Below are positions 61,034-64,000 of a DNA stretch of 64,000 bases, piece after piece (position 1 is the first letter of the stretch; each line of letters opens with the position of its first letter). Made by a program: the position numbers and the translations under genes. The notes beneath the pieces were generated by a model. That model was not told the DNA's origin, searched no databases, and saw only the letters and a list, made by a program, of their open reading frames with translations. Source of the DNA: Utricularia gibba (taxonomy: Eukaryota > Plantae > Magnoliophyta); NCBI GenBank assembly GCA_002189035.1, contig NEEC01000014.1:372001-436000 (forward strand), read 5' to 3'.

Positions 61034-64000
61034 TCTTCTCCTAGAACAAGAAAAAGGGACTTGAAATTCACTAAGAAATCTTCACGAACCCTAATCTGAG
61101 CTCCCCTAGAAACCTTGAACACATTCCACAAGCTTGAAAATAATGAACCACCATCTAATAGCTCTAGTGCTACGAACCCTAGTGAAATAAAATACAGAAT
61201 CAGAAGCAGAAACCATGAAACCGAAAGGAGAATAGAGAAACAAAGCAGGATCCCGAGAGGAGTACACTGAACAAATAAAAAAAACTAAAAAAAATCTCAG
61301 GGAATAAGAAAGCTTTTATGAGAACCCACGTTTGATGTTCTTCTCTTGTCTAGTGGCGATGCAGGCTGCGGTTTTTCCTACTCTTTTTTTTTTTTTTCTC
61401 GCCGAAGGAACAAAGCTTTTTTCCAATCGAACCCGCGCCGCTACTTCTCCTCCTCCTCCTCCCCCTTCTTCTTCTTTTCTGGTGTTTGTATAAAGCTTGA
61501 GGTTAGGGTACGCAGACGCCAGCAATGATCCACGTCAGACAAAACAGGCGCCTCGTAATCAAAACGATGTTAACTAATCGCTGGTTGTGTAAACGAATCA
61601 GAACCAACAATCTGATAGCAAGTTGACATTCGTTAATCGTGCTTACTCCTTAATACCTTTTGTCTTGATGCTCTTACGGGTTTTACTGTTCAAGCACAAA
61701 CTTACCCGTTTTATTCTCAATCCAAAACATACTTTTCTAAAGGCGTCTTTGTTCAAGCGGTTAATTTTATGGAAATGCTCCAAACCTAACATATCATGTT
61801 GAAATTAAGGATATGATCATACAAATATACGTAAAGTCTAAGTGTATAAAAATGTAAATTACTGTATAAAAAATTAAATACAGTCAATTACTAATTCGTA
61901 CTTTATTATATACTTGACCTTTTAAGTTTCATATTGTTTGTTCTAATATTCTACCCTTAAGTCCAACTTATCTTTTATCTGGTTAATATTTATGTTTTTT
62001 TCCTGCACATTATGTGGTAGCAAGAATATAAATAGATGAACTTGATCCAAACTGCAAGATTGGTTTGATCTCAACCGCTAGGGAGGAGTTTCACATGTTG
62101 TAAAAACAATTTATTCTTCTAAAAACAGTTTTGTTATTAAATATGAGTAAATTATATTAAAAACATAAATTTACGAGTATTTTTAATAAAAAAACAGTTA
62201 TTCACCGTTTTCATATGCTAAAACAAAAAATTAATACTAAAAATGATCAGCTTTATCATACACGACACCCACCTTTCTATATACTCTTCATGGTAATGAA
62301 AAACCCAGTATGGCAATTCAAAAGGATGAAAATAGAAAAATGACTATCCGTAGAGATGATTACATTAATCTTTGAAGTCTAAAACGCGGAGTCTTTTTAA
62401 GAAGGTGCCCATCTTCTTAATTGCCTACCGAAGGGGCTGGTACGTGGCACACTTTTTTAATATGAAAAGATGAATTATTGCGCTGCTAGGGCTTATAATA
62501 TGAATTTTATTAACACAAAAAGGGTCTTTTGATGCTTAATCCCATGTGATTATAAAGGTAACTCCTGATCTAAAGCATATATTTTTTTTGCAGAAGCGTC
62601 ATGTGGTTTCACTTTGGGGCATCCAATAGTCGTCTTCTTGGTGCATCTGTAAGAACGAATCCGCTGCACCCACGAAGAAAATCCGATCCACTGTTCATTT
62701 CCGGGTCGGATCTTGGCATCCCCAAGTAACAGACTGCAAGTTAATGGTGTTTGACGAATGTATTAAAAAAAAAGGATTGGAGTATGGAGTTTGGAAGTGG
62801 GGCCCGGAGAACCGGCGGGCCACATGGCAGCCTCAGGCTTTTTTTAAAAAAATATTTTCTTCGAATATGCCGTTTATTTAAAATAATAAATGGAAAATAG
62901 AAATTATTAATGAACAGTGGAGGTCACTATTGATGTGGTTTATTGTGCATTTGTGCCTCGTAAACAGTGTGAAACAGAGGAAGAAGTGTACGACACCCTT
63001 CCCTTTTGTCATTCCCATTTTACACGCAACAGTTCTTTGAATCAAAACACACAACACACGTATTAAATGGGTGGGTGGTCGGTTTAGTAATTTAATTAAA
63101 GATGGATACATTTTTATTTTTTAAAAATGCGTTTGGTTAATAGGTTAATATTTAGATAAACATATGCTATTTCATTATAATGTTTAAAATACTATTACGT
63201 TTAATAAATTTATTTACTTGATTTAAAAAATATGGTTGAATAATTCATGTAAATGTTTTACAAATAATGCGTGTATTCGATTGGAAGTGTTAGGTGTGGC
63301 AATCGGAGGAGTTTGCAGTCTGCTTGCATGCATCTTCCTTCTGAGAATAAACCCTAACTCGATGGCTACAGGGTTGATTTTCTTTGCCCTATAAGTGGCG
63401 GCTGTTTAAGCTCTTTTTACAAAGTACCATTCAAATATGAATTGGTGTTGTGTGTTTGAACTCCAGTGAAATCGAAAATTACGGTGAAAGCGGGGAGAAG
63501 ATCTCAAGAAAGAGAAAGCAAAGGACGAGATCTCCACTTTTGTGAATAGAAAAATGGCTATGGGGTGGGGGGGCCAGGCCACTGTGCAGGTCATTATGGA
63601 GGTTGCTTTGTCGAATACCGTAGTCTGCATCATGTTTCATGTTTGTTGAGTTATGTGGGGAATCCAAGAAGACACACAGCGTTCAGACATTCATTAGAGT
63701 CGTCCCCATGCTTGTCACTACAAGCCAAGATTGACTGCATAATGCAGGTTTGTGAGAAAATTTAAGAGAACCGCAGACCAGAACACACAATTGAATGACA
63801 CTTTTGTTTGATTTGCGCTGAATAAAGTGGCTCTGTTTCTTCTTCACTTTCTTGTTCTCTCCTCACGACCCTATTTCCCAGAAAGACTGAATATGAAAAA
63901 CCAGCTGAAATGCACGTAAGTAGTCTGCATGCGCATGTTCTACCATCCAGCTCCATGTGGAGGACAATGCAGATCAAGTGTCTTGTAGCTATTCGCCTCT

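Noticed and set aside
61550-64000. Short ORFs in the last 2.4 kb
   Set aside because: No recognisable protein, RNA or TE signature; treated as AHL upstream/intergenic DNA.
1-64000. tRNA, rRNA, CRISPR arrays, autonomous transposons
   Set aside because: None recognised by eye; tRNAscan-SE and RepeatMasker runs would be needed to exclude them formally.

Overview
Gene-dense plant (eudicot) nuclear DNA: about 25 protein-coding genes in 64 kb, mostly with short introns (~65-100 nt). This suggests a miniaturised genome; the species cannot be determined from sequence alone. In order: DIC carrier (partial), SUVH2/9, SMAP1, SDG41-like, small TM protein, FD-like bZIP, DUF1295, GDSL lipase, uncharacterised protein, BBX20/21-like, COPA, LON-N-domain protein, Maf, RAD-like MYB, PRAF/RLD, CRAL-TRIO, PP2C, two DUF604 (Fringe-like) and four GT37 fucosyltransferases, ZMAT2, AHL. 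Not shown by the ORF track: a U13/snoR105-type C/D snoRNA with its own USE+TATA promoter, and a complete hAT MITE with an 8-bp TSD. Best leads: (1) two paralogous exons in Maf that would swap the residue after the catalytic Asp (DT vs DQ); (2) an uninterrupted 15-kb block of six glycosyltransferases whose GT37 members lack the xyloglucan-type acceptor residues. Four genes carry single-base deletions, three of them in G/C runs, probably assembly errors. All gene identities come from recognised motifs, not database searches.
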